DNA from: Octopus sinensis
Lineage: Eukaryota
Assembly (NCBI RefSeq): GCF_006345805.1
Contig: NC_043015.1
Coordinates: 26,536,001 to 26,600,000, forward strand
DNA: 64,000 nt
Direction of reading: 5' to 3'
Shown piece by piece: positions 1 through 11,290 of this stretch (position 1 is its first letter; each line of letters begins with the position of its first letter). A program made the position numbers and the translations under genes. The notes beneath the pieces are model-generated. The model was not told the DNA's origin and searched no databases. It saw nothing but the letters and a program-made list of their open reading frames with translations.

Positions 1-267
1 GGTTAATGTTTGTTAGTGTGTTGCGTGTGTGCTAGTGTGTATATGTGTTTGTTCGTATGTGTGTCCATGTGTGTTGGGTTTGTCTGGGTGGCGTGTGTGT
101 GTTTATGCGTTTTGTGTGTGTTGGTATTGAGTATGTGTTTGTGTGTGTGCGTATATATGGTGCGAGTGTGTGTGTCTTTGTGTGTTTGTTTTGGATGTGT
201 GCCTGGGGGGTATGTTAGAGTATGTTTAGTTGTGGTCTGTATTTTTGAATGATATTATTTTCCCTAT

Positions 268-624
268 TTATTCGTGTTTGGTCTGTGGTGTTGTCTGGCA
301 TTGGTATATTGAGGAAACTAAGAATTTGGGGGACTTATTGTGTGCACAGAGGCCTATGTGTCCACTAAGTGGTATCTATCTTGTGGTAGGGTCCCTCAGT
401 TGTTGGCGTTGAACTGTCATCCTTTCTCTGAGGGTAAGGCTCGTTTGCCCTATGTAGTCTTCGTGGCACCCTTCACGCCTTATGACATAGAGTAAATTTA
501 TTGATGTGCAGGTGAAATTATTTTTTATGATAGAGGTGTGTCCTGACTGGAACTTGTACGTTGATCCCTCAATGAGGTGGATGCAAGTCCTGCAGTTGAA
601 ACGACCACATTTTTTGACGGTGGG
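268..624 (-). pseudogene. Penelope-like element (family A) GIY-YIG endonuclease fragment
   Basis: Manual minus-strand translation (not in the ORF track): PTVKKCGRFNCRTCIHLIEGSTYKFQSGHTSIIKNNFTCTSINLLYVIRREGCHEDYIGQTSLTLRERMTVQRQQ...; Cys-rich linker plus LLY...YIGQT...LRER motif; one in-frame stop. Confidence 0.9.
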
Positions 625-654
625 CGGTGGGTTTGTGTTGTGTAATCCCCCAAA

Positions 655-1380
655 TCATTGATGCGTGAAGAAAGACAAAAAGGAGAAATTCTTTTCAGTT
701 CCACATTACTCTTCCTTCCCCCACCCAAACACACCTACAGTATCCCTGAAATAGATAATATTCTTTTACGCTAACATGGTGGACAGGTCAGTTTTAGCTT
801 CCCTACTATTATAATGTAAACATTTTTGAAATCATAGTATTCTGTGCGTGTATACCAATATTCCACTGAACTTTTTAATAATTCCTTCTGGAAATTATCT
901 TTTACATTTTCTTGAGAACGTATATATTTGTTGCAATCTTTTGTGCCCAATATTTCAATGAACTTGTTAAACTTTTTTATGTTCTTAAAATGCTCTTGTC
1001 ACCTAAGAATGTATATATATGTATTGTAGTACTCTGTGACAACCAATATTCTGTGCGTGTTTGAATATACAGATACAATACCAATATCCCACTGAACTTT
1101 TTAATAATTCCTTCTGAAAACTATCATTAACATTTTCTTGAGAATGTATATTTATGTTGTAATCTTTTGTGCCCAATATTTTAAGGAACTTGTTAAAATT
1201 TTTAATGTCCTTAACATGTTCTTGTTACCAAAGACTGTATATATGTAATTTAGCATTTTGTAACAACCAATAATTAACGCAACCAAACTTTTACATGTTA
1301 CTTTTGACAATCTTTTTCCAAAGAGTGAAACCGGTAAAGTAAATAAACATCTTTTAAAATTGCATTTTCAAACCTTCTTT

Positions 1381-1382
<2 letters not shown>
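655..1382 (+). mobile_element. PLE family A pseudo-LTR, inverted relative to the adjacent GIY-YIG fragment
   Basis: Homologous to 62281-62765 (reverse complement) and 19738-20440; internal ~210-bp tandem duplication (841-1050 / 1050-1270); contains a hammerhead motif. Confidence 0.75.
1300..1340 (+). ncRNA. Minimal type-I hammerhead ribozyme motif, U3:A8 core variant
   Basis: ACTT-TTGACAA-TCTTTTTCCAAAGAGT-GAAA-CCG-GTA-AAGT: stem I ACTT/AAGT, palindromic ACCGGT stem III, GUA triplet. Confidence 0.65.
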
Positions 1383-1456
<74 letters not shown>

Positions 1457-1509
1457 GGTAAAAACGGTAAGGTAACAAAAGAAAGAAATATTATGTAAAT
1501 ATTATGTAA

Positions 1510-1549
<40 letters not shown>

Positions 1550-1561
1550 GTATAAATCTAA

Positions 1562-1670
1562 GTGGAGGCGCAATGGCCCAGTGGTTAGGGCAGCTGAAAT
1601 CGCGGTCGTAGAATCGGAGTTTCGATTCCCATACCGGGTGTTTTGAGTGTTTATTGAGCAAAAACACCTA
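1562..1670 (+). mobile_element. tRNA-derived SINE head (truncated)
   Basis: GGAGGCGCAATGGCCCAGTGGTTAGGGC (A-box-like) ... GTTTCGATTCCC (B-box-like). Confidence 0.7.
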
Positions 1671-2159
1671 AATTTACATAATATTGATGTCTCTTTCTTT
1701 TTGTGGTAGTGTCCTTCAGTTGTTGGCGGTGAACTGTCATCCTTTCTCTTACCGTTTTTACCAATAAATTACCTCCCGAACGACGCTATTCTTCACTAAG
1801 AGATAATACACCTTTTTTGGATAATCACCAGACATTGGTTGAGAACTCTAACACACAGAAGAAGTTAATATGGACGCCTATTGCATAGATTATTCTATGA
1901 AAAACATACCATTACCAATATATATATATATATATATATATGCCGAGCCAGTGTGGCAGAGTAGATTCCCCAAACCATCTGAAGCTATTCTCTGGCTGAG
2001 TGAACATGCAGAGACCTTCGTCCTGGAGTGGACTGGAGATGAGCAATCCGAGGAAATGAAAATCAAAATATTTTACCCCAAAATAAAAGTCTTTCAATCA
2101 ATCGAACACGATCAGCTAGCTTATGGAGGCTCTCAGTTTCCATCATGGCCTCAAGACCA

Positions 2160-3201
2160 TGAATGTTAATATTTTGTTCGAAGGATAGATTTGTTGTATA
2201 GTATTGCTGCTATATTAGTATTATTGTGGAGTCATACTTGGTGTTTCATTGGTTTTATATTAAAGAGTTAAAGATCCCAATCGGTCAGGAAATGCGATGG
2301 GATTGCGGCTAAAAAGTAACCGGTGTATGCGTTGCTCACCGAGTCCTGACAAGATCGTCAAGCACCTTGGGCATGGTGCTACAGGTACAGCCGTTGATGA
2401 CTTGCTCAACTTTAACCCAACACCTTAGCTTTTTGTTTAATGAAATGCATTCCTTGTTTTGTTTCACGAAATTTTCGTTAAACTGAACCGCCCGTTTCTT
2501 ATGTATTTATTATCATACATCACCTTTTATATAACATCTCTGGAAGTGGCGTTTATTTTATTAGTGTATAATATATACATCATAATTTATTAACAGAATC
2601 CCCAGTTTTTTCTAACTTCTTCATTCAAAATATTAATTTTCGTTGCACTGTATTTCGTCATTCCTGTAGTTTGGATTCATTTCTTTCGTGTACAGGCGCA
2701 GTTTATTATAATCTGTCGATGTCTTCGCTGACCGAGTTGATACTTATTTTCAACTAAGTAACAAAATGAAATAGTGTACTTTGTTCATATCCTTGGTTTA
2801 GGAATCGAGCCAACAACCTTATGATCCTAACCCCAGCAACCTGAACAGCAGATCACATGTCTTCATCTGAAAATAAGTGAAATGTTGTCATATTGTCGAA
2901 TACATAAACAGAGAAAACTTTCCCTAAAAATAAAAATTGACAGTAAAAATACATGTGAAGAGCGGAGAATGGTATGTAAGGACAACTGCTGGTCTTCCAC
3001 AAACAACCATACGCAAACATGTGCCTCGGGGGTGGGGGGGGGTTCTTTATAGCCGCAATCCCATCGCCATTCCTGACCGATTGGGATCTTTAACTCTTTA
3101 ATATAAAACCGATAAAACACCAAGTATGACTCCACAATAATACTAATATAGCAGCAATACTATACAACAAATATATCCTTCGAACAAAATATTAACATTC
3201 A
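2160..3201. mobile_element. Non-autonomous element with ~152-bp terminal inverted repeats (MITE-like)
   Basis: 2160-2311 is a near-perfect reverse complement of 3050-3201; non-coding interior; no clear TSD. Confidence 0.7.
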
Positions 3202-4764
3202 ATGTCATGTTTTGAATATCTAGAATGTTTTTTTCTGCAAACCCTCAATGTACAAATAATCAATTGTTCTGGAATTTGTGAGTTGATTTATATTCTTCTT
3301 TGTTGGAATATCCCAGTATATCAAAGTTTTATGAAAATTAGTTCTTGTATAACCAGTGACTGCGAAATAGTTACAAATGAAGATCTATATCAGTGATATA
3401 CAAGAGCTATGAAACATATATTTTAACATTCTATAGAAGGAGGATATAGATTATTGCCGTCGTTATTTACTTAATTGGTGAGTTTTTAACTAGAGGAAGA
3501 GAAAGTTAATCTCAACTAAAGTTAGATTGTTGTCTTGAGTTACAAACACTGGACACACATGAAAGCGATTTAACTCACGTTTAGTTATTACGGAAAAGAA
3601 GCTTATGATTTTGGCTTAAAACATAGAATATAGAAAGAGAGTTTTAGATAGATAGAATGGGCAAATATATACGCCAAACGTAAGTTAAATCAGTTTTAAG
3701 CAGAGTTTAAGCGTAGATTTGAAAAATTAGATAATAATGAAATAAAAATATACTAAAAATGATTTGTGCATTCATTCCTAACACGCTCCGGTAGACTTAG
3801 ACATGAATATGCTATTTTCAGTTTATTCCTTTGTTATTTTTCAAACTTGGAAATCCTGCCGATGAAATGAAATAGCTATTTTGCAAGAGTCTATTTTAGC
3901 ATATTAAAAAAAATATTTAAAATTTACATACATTTTACTTTAACGTATTTTTTTTATATCCCAGTTCCCAATATATTATAAGCAGCAAATATAACAAGTT
4001 TATTAAATAACTCTGCGGTTTTGTAAAATAACAATAGTAGGGACTATAAAATTGCTTGAAATATATATGATAACATGCCAATCATTTTGAACAAAGTAGC
4101 GACGGTTATGTGCTTTGCTTCTCAGAGAAAAATTAATATCATGCTTTATAAAGGTCTCATCATGAACAAACATTAACAATTCATATTTTCAATTAACTAA
4201 CGGCTGAAAACTGAGAAATTCCATAACACATTCATCCATATTCTAAAAAATATCTTTATTTAACGTAAACACAAAACAGAAAATCGTTATTTTTGTCGCC
4301 ATATATCAAAACCACTAGACAACGAATGACTGACAGGCGGCTTTATACAATACGGTTCTGACTACATCAAAATGTTTTGTATTGTTAACTTGAATATTCA
4401 AAGAGGTTATTTTTTATAGTTTATGTTATATCTACATACAAAGTCGTTTATAGTGAATGAGAGCAAGAATGCTCAAGTATAATTACGTACTTATATGTGT
4501 ATATGTTGGTATGAGTGTATGCTTGCATGTATATTTGTACGATGTTGCAATATTCGTGTATGCTAGAACTTCCTCATTGTATTACAGGTACAAATGCTAT
4601 ATGGATATTGACAAAAACACACGCATGCACACACACATACACCTCTATGTATATACATACAATGTATATACTATATGCCTTGCACATATATACTGTATAT
4701 ATATATATGTGAATGTGTGTGCTTGTATATCTATGCATACACATACATAAATATATATGTATAC

Positions 4765-4803
<39 letters not shown>

Positions 4804-4806
<3 letters not shown>

Positions 4807-5590
4807 TATTATAAAAGGCAGATTTTATCTGCCTCCCTTTGTCTCTTATAGAAATCTACAATATAGGATTTCTTCAATTACAATTTACCTAGCATTTTTA
4901 AGAGTAGAATGCATCGGGTCGTGCCAGGTCCAGTTTTTTAAATTTCAACCCCAATTAAGCAAAATTTAGAGAAAACTCACATTGTGGTGTGTGAGTCAAG
5001 TGCTTTTCTTAGTGTGAGCTATAGAACACGCACACACACACACAAAAAGGGAGCGATCTGATTCACTCACGCTATCACTCTAATTTCTACGACTTTCTCT
5101 TTGCAAGTTTGCAACGATTAAAGTGAAACTACTTCGATAAAACGAGAGAAGTGTACCTTAAACCACTACTAAAAAAAAACAGCAAACAGAAACAAATAAA
5201 TACATAACGATTTACTCCTCACACAATTTCTTCAATTAGAGTTTACCCATGATTTTTCAAAGTACTTCCATTGGGTCATGCCATACAAAATTTCTTTCAA
5301 TTTTACCCCCAATTAAGACAAAATTCGAGAAAACTCAATATTTTAACATTTCACTCCGAAAGCATTGATGTACATGTGTGCGTGCGTGAGTGTGTGTGTG
5401 TCATTCCTCACACACACGCATACACATACATATATGACAGTGACAAACACAAACGTTTCAAACAACTACATACAAACACGTGTGTGTTTGTTATTAGTAA
5501 AAAAGGCGTCAAAACACAAATCACTTCTCATTCCAACACATTTGCAAAGACACACGGACGGTCGAATTGCTATAACAATACAGAAAAGGT
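4804..5590 (+). mobile_element. Helitron-like 5' portion
   Basis: A^TCTTATTATAAAAG followed by hairpin GCAGAT-TTT-ATCTGC; internal ~55-bp direct repeat (4935/5295); no 3' CTAG end seen. Confidence 0.5.
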
Positions 5591-5619
5591 AAATTGGTTT
5601 TTATTTTACGAGTAAATCT

Positions 5620-6590
5620 CTTTAGTACATTCGTGAAAACACGTATTATACTTCGTAAACAGTTCAACTACAGTTTTGTACAAAAATCGAAGTGTAATTT
5701 TAATTCCGTGAATTATGGGAGATTTTTTTCCGAAATTTGTTCCTATTGTGTTTTCAAAATTTGTAATTGTGACAAAAAATGGATACGAATTTCATTATAT
5801 CAAGCAGCGAGTCAGAATTCGAAGGATTTTCTACTGAAGACCTTGATAAATCTAACTCTATGACTGAAAAAAAAAAGCATGTGGTATTTGATAATGAATC
5901 TGATGTTTTATTTTCCGAAAGTGAAAACAGTGAATCCGAGAGCTCCGACAGCGATAAAGAAAGTGAATTGGCACCTGAATGGAGCGAAAATTTAAAAACT
6001 GTTTCTTTCGGTGATTTTTATGAAGAAACTGGACCAAGCCACAGACTTTCCCAGAAGAGTAAAGCCTTAGACTATTTCTTTTTACTTTTTCGAATGAGCC
6101 CATTTGAAATCATTACGGCGGAAACGAACTGTTACGCTAAACGTAAACAAAGCGAAAGAAAGGATAGTTTGTTACTTCCCACAACCTTAAATGAAATTAA
6201 GGCCTATTTTGCCATAAATATTATTATGGATATCAGAAAGTTACCCAGAATAACAAATTCTATCGTAAAATTTTGTTGTATACCCAATTGAATATTAGCT
6301 AATAACCCATTTTCTATAGCGATGTTTGAACAAAATTTTAATAATTTTATATATTGTTGAATTTACCTGTATCTACCTGCAATTAGAGTCACTTTGTGAC
6401 AAAAATTATAGTATAGAATTGGTTGAGAACATTTCATTAAATTATCTTCCAAAATTCATGTTAACATATTGATAAATAAAAAATTTATAGTTGTTTAATG
6501 AAGCCAGACTAAATTTATGATTACGTTAGAAATTAATTGAAACACATGAGGGGTGTATTTTGGTCAGAAATATAGTAACGAAAGGGTTAA
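5620..6590 (+). mobile_element. piggyBac transposon relic (N-terminal transposase ORF 5779-6291, internally deleted)
   Basis: Acidic N-terminus then ALDYFFLLF...IITAETNCYAK...TTLNEIKAYFAINIIM, typical of PGBD/DDE_Tnp_1_7 starts; right end ...GTAACGAAAGGG + TTAA at 6575-6590; left TIR not found. Confidence 0.85.
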
Positions 6591-6693
6591 GAAAAACCAA
6601 AAAATATTTTATTCTTTATAAATGTTGTGTTCAAAATTTTCTTTTAAGAATGTGTATATAACAAAGTGTGTGTATATAACTACGTGGCTTATA

Positions 6694-7091
6694 TCTTTAT
6701 ATATAAGAGTGAAGTTGTGTGTCTGTCTCCTACGATTTAGATTCCTAACTACTCCCACATTTTGCGGTGCAGTTTAACCAAAAGCGGGTATCTTATAGTC
6801 GTGATTCATATCGAGCCCTTCTGGGTATTAGCGCGCGTCTACGATGAGTCTACGATTTAAAAAAAAATTACCATCATATTTTTCCATTTTAATGCATTTT
6901 TTTCGCTATTATATAAGGGAAGTAACTCTCTAAAAATATCTCCGATGTGTCAACGATTTAAAAAAAAATTTGCCTTAATTTTTATTCCATTTTCAATGCA
7001 TTTTTTTGCTATTTTTTGGCTATAACTCTCTAAAAATGCTTATATAGTTATTTCCCTTACAAACCCGAGCAACGCCGGGCGATACTGCTAG
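6694..7091 (+). mobile_element. Non-autonomous Helitron
   Basis: A^TC...CTAG^T termini; subterminal hairpin CCCGAGCAACGCCGGG; internal ~95-bp direct repeat. Confidence 0.8.
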
Positions 7092-7437
7092 TATATATAT
7101 AATTCTCAGTCTCGTTAATTTCGCCTGACGAGTTTGAAGGAAAGGATTTTTTTAAAAGGATATAAAAATAAGCTGAATGTATTTGCGATGGATTTGTGAA
7201 TGTAACTTGAACCCAGCTACGGATGTTGTTGCTATGAAGTCTCATGGACAAATGTGCCTGTTGATTACGGGATTAAATCCTTTTAATGTACCATTTTTTC
7301 AACTCTTATATTATATCATATATATGTATATATATATATATATATATGTATAAGGGTGAAAAGGAACACACGAGTTGATATATATGAAAAAACAAGTCAA
7401 AATAAAAAATGCTAAAATAATTTTATAAAGAACATTT

Positions 7438-7475
7438 CAGTACCGGTTTCGGCCATTTTGAGACCTTTTCAACTG
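7438..7475 (-). ncRNA. Hammerhead motif, U3:A8 core (family F)
   Basis: Reverse complement CAG-TTGAAAA-GGTC-TCAAAAT-GGCC-GAAA-CCG-GTA-CTG. Confidence 0.7.
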
Positions 7476-7823
7476 TAACGATTAAATAATTAAATTTAGA
7501 AAAATTAAAAGAAAAGTTTTTTTAAAGGAATATTTGTATAGTGTTCAAATATAAGTGGCATTCTGCCTTTCTCTGTCTCCCTTGTTTGCACTTGTGTGTT
7601 CGAGGCCGTTGTGAATTTTTGGTAGGGTAGAAGAAGAAGGTTGATGAGGAGAGGGGGTGGAAAAATTTGGGAGTGCCTTGATGGTCGTATTTTGAATGGT
7701 CAATGGCGGCTAGCAGTTGCAGTTCAATTCAGGAGAATATTTCTATTGAAAGGTTTCTTTATGGAATTTGCGTAGGTGTTATACTAAAAAGTATTAGTGA
7801 TAAAGTTAAGAAGTAGACGGTGG

Positions 7824-8000
7824 AGAAGAAGAAGAAGAAGAAGAAGAAGAAGAAGAAGAAGATGACGATGTTGATGATGATGATGATGATGAAGAAGAAG
7901 GAGAAGGAGAAGAAGAAGATGATGATGATGGTGATGATGATGACGACGATGATGATGATAATGATGATGATGAAGAAGAAGAGGAAGAAGAAGAAAAAAG
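7824..8000. repeat. Composite (GAA)n/(GAT)n microsatellite
   Basis: Directly visible. Confidence 0.95.
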
Positions 8001-8361
8001 AGAAGGGAGAATATGAATGGGTGAAAGTAGTGAAGTGTTGTATGACTTGAAGTTGGCACGTTATGGATTATAGCTGTGATTGGGGCTGATTTGTAATGGA
8101 TTCTTTAGAATGTAATATTTGTGTGTGTATTTCCTTTATTCTAAAGTTGAGGTATATTAATCGTTTGTCGTAGACCCGTAGACCCCTCATCAACCTTCTT
8201 CTTCTTCTACCCTACCAAGAATTCACAACGGCCTCGAACACACAAGTGCAAACAAGGGAGACAGAGAAAGGCAGAATGCCACTTATGTTTGAACACTATA
8301 CAAATATTCCTTTAAAAAAACTTTTCTTTTAATTTTTCTAAATTTAATTATTTAATCGTTA

Positions 8362-8399
8362 CAGTTGAAAAGGTCTCAAAATGACCGAAACCGGTACTG
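8362..8399 (+). ncRNA. Hammerhead motif, U3:A8 core (family F)
   Basis: CAG-TTGAAAA-GGTC-TCAAAAT-GACC-GAAA-CCG-GTA-CTG: stem I CAG/CTG, perfect 4-bp stem II, palindromic stem III. Confidence 0.75.
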
Positions 8400-8465
8400 A
8401 AATGTTCACTATAAAATTATTTTAGCATTTTTTATTTTGACTTGTTTTTTCATATATATATATAT

Positions 8466-8808
8466 ATGTTGTTGACCCCCTTCGGTCACGACACTGACCA
8501 TGGGATTGCACCTAGAAAGTTACCCTCCTAGTCACAAGTCTGGGCAAGGTTGTTTATAGAAGACCAGCAGTCGCCCATGCATACCGGTCTCCCCTCTCCA
8601 CGCCACCAGTGTTATCCAAGGGAAAGGCAACGGCCGATACAGCTTGGCACCTGTGACGTAGCAACTCATTTCTACAGCTGAGTGAACTGGAGCAACGTGA
8701 AATAAAGTGTCTTGCTCAAGAACACAACACGCAGCCCGGTCTGGGATTCGAGCTCACAACCTCACGATCGTAAGCTCGACGCTCTAACCATTGAGCCATG
8801 CGCCTTCA
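8466..8808 (-). mobile_element. Full-length tRNA-derived SINE
   Basis: Minus strand: GGCGCATGGCTCAATGGTTAGAGC...GAGCTCGAATCCC head, TTGAGCAAGACACTTTA...CAGCTGTAGAAATGAG central domain; second copy at 40990-41195. Confidence 0.85.
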
Positions 8809-8909
8809 CAATATATATATACTTATATATATACATATATATGAATATATATATATATATATATACATATATATAGATATATATACATAAACATATATAT
8901 AAATATCCG

Positions 8910-10530
8910 CTTGGTCAACCATTCCCCCTCTAACATATCGCCAAAATCCAGGCTTCACTTGGAACGGCGCTATATCTTCAATTTACGGACTAATATCCCG
9001 CACGGACTTACCACAGCCCCTTCCTGTTAGTGACTGCCCCTACACCTCCCGCAACAAGCAACTTTATTTCTTCTCTCTTTTACATTTTTCAATTCTTACT
9101 TCTAATTGCGTCTTTTATATTGGATTTACTTCCTTGTATTTTGATTGTTTTTATAATTTTTTGTTTTTTTATTTTATAAATTATTGTTTTTATTTCTATA
9201 TATACGAACACACACACACACACATACTTACGTATCCACGAACTCACATATACTTCTCATACACCACACACATACAGCATACATACATGCACATATATAC
9301 ACACACACACACTTCCACACGAACGCACATATGCCTCCCACACACCACACACATACAACATACATACATGCACATATACACACACATACACCCACACACA
9401 TATGCGCGTAAACTCACACACGTACACAAACGTACACACACACATGGACCTATCCCACACAACCCCACCCCACAGACACACATATCCTTAGACACACAAA
9501 CGTAAACGTACACACAACCACATACACGCACATACTCAAGCACACGCGCGTACAAACAACAAAATGCACACAAACAGACACACCTCTCCACGTTCACACA
9601 CACGCACACAACCTGACACACATCTCCACGTTCATACACACATATACACACGCACGTACATACACACATGCACACACGCACATACACATACACGCACATA
9701 CATACGTACATAATACACGCACACTCATATATACACACGTACATACACATACAGACATGCACACAATTATACACACATGGGCACAAACACATACGCATGT
9801 AAGCATACACACACACGCACAAGCACACGCACGTAAGCACACACGCACACACGCACAAGCACACGCACGCATATACACACAGGTACGCACATTACACCTA
9901 CACAAACCTCCCCTACACAACCTGCGCACACACGCATACACAAATTCACATACACACCTATACATATACATATAGACACAAACACACGTACACACAACTA
10001 CACGCACATACGACACGCACGCACATACACACACACGCGCACACACAAATGAACCCACACATACATTCCATACACACAGCACACACTCATACATACACGC
10101 ACACAATTATCCTTACATGTATACACATATACGCACATACAAGCACACACGCACACATACACACATGAACACACACACACACATACATCACACACGTGCT
10201 ATCATTACACACACACGCATACACACACACACAGACCTGCGCGCACGCACATATCCACACTTACACACACATACCTCCTTCTCTTGCACTCTCCTGTCTT
10301 TGAAAGGACTTTTTCTTCACCCATTCCCTTCCGGTCATTCAAAATGTGACCGCGCGTGTATCGTTGGCGATTTTTTTTCCTCCGTCTTCCCTTCCTTGGA
10401 TCTTTCCTTTTCCTATGTTTCTGACGAAACATTAAATCCTCCTTCTTTCTTTCCTTTCCTGAGCGTCCAATAACACTATACTTGTTCCACGTCCTCGCTT
10501 TGTTGTTTTCTCTTTGTGTTTTCATGTTTG
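8910..10530 (+). mobile_element. PLE relic: GIY-YIG C-terminus, degenerate (CA)-rich spacer and family C pLTR
   Basis: PKSRLHLERRYIFNLRTNIPHGL at ~8945-9015 matches PLE endonuclease ends; 10340-10430 is homologous to 58340-58445 (minus). That these parts are one element is inferred. Confidence 0.6.
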
Positions 10531-10533
10531 GAT

Positions 10534-10581
<48 letters not shown>

Positions 10582-10879
10582 CATACATACATACATACAT
10601 ACATACATACATAATACATACATACATACATACATACATACATACATACATACATACATACATACATACACACACACATATACATCTTAGAACCTGCAAA
10701 GCAAGAAAATATGAGAGAGTAATAACGTACGGAACAAGGCAATGAAAAATAAACTGCGCGGAGTTCTCCTTCATCACGTCTCGTGAAGATCTAAATGTGA
10801 TCCCCATACCTTGCCCTATAATGGCACTACTCTAATAATGCAAATAGCGCATACTCTGCGAGGGGACACCAGACTGAAA

Positions 10880-11020
10880 CAATTAGGATACATGACCGCG
10901 ACGCAGCTGAAATTGCGAGGATGATCCGGTTCTTGACTGAAGATTGAAAGCTTCGAATGTCCCGTCCGTGTTTTTTGTATCGTCATCAAAATGTTTTGCG
11001 TTCTTGTCCCAGTTTGTATT
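10880..11020 (+). repeat. Interspersed repeat family E fragment
   Basis: GATGATCCGGTTCTTGACTGAAGA...CGAATGTCC shared with 57390-57500. Confidence 0.7.
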
Positions 11021-11024
11021 TTTT

Positions 11025-11290
<266 letters not shown>

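Larger units (their letters stand above)
7381..8456 (-). mobile_element. PLE family F relic with ~270-bp inverted pLTRs
   Basis: 7381-7649 and 8185-8456 are near-identical inverted repeats; the interior has degraded GIY-YIG C-terminal-like sequence on the minus strand (...HSYNP...) interrupted by a (GAA)n/(GAT)n array. Confidence 0.8.

Noticed and set aside
1562-1640. tRNA genes here and at other A/B-box-containing sites (8730-8808, 27140-27211, 59336-59410)
   Set aside because: No complete cloverleaf; each continues into SINE body sequence repeated in the window.
1870-2169. 99-aa ORF as a host gene
   Set aside because: It spans a (TA)n run, has no recognisable domain, and ends inside a TIR.
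8466-8650. HDV-like ribozyme in the SINE 3' region
   Set aside because: GGCAA-(C)GGCC resembles J4/2-P2, but I could not build P1, P3 and P1.1 consistently.
10930-10965. Hammerhead in family E (CTGAAGA...CGAATGTC; also ~57415-57445)
   Set aside because: GAAT instead of GAAA in both copies, and no convincing stem I or II.
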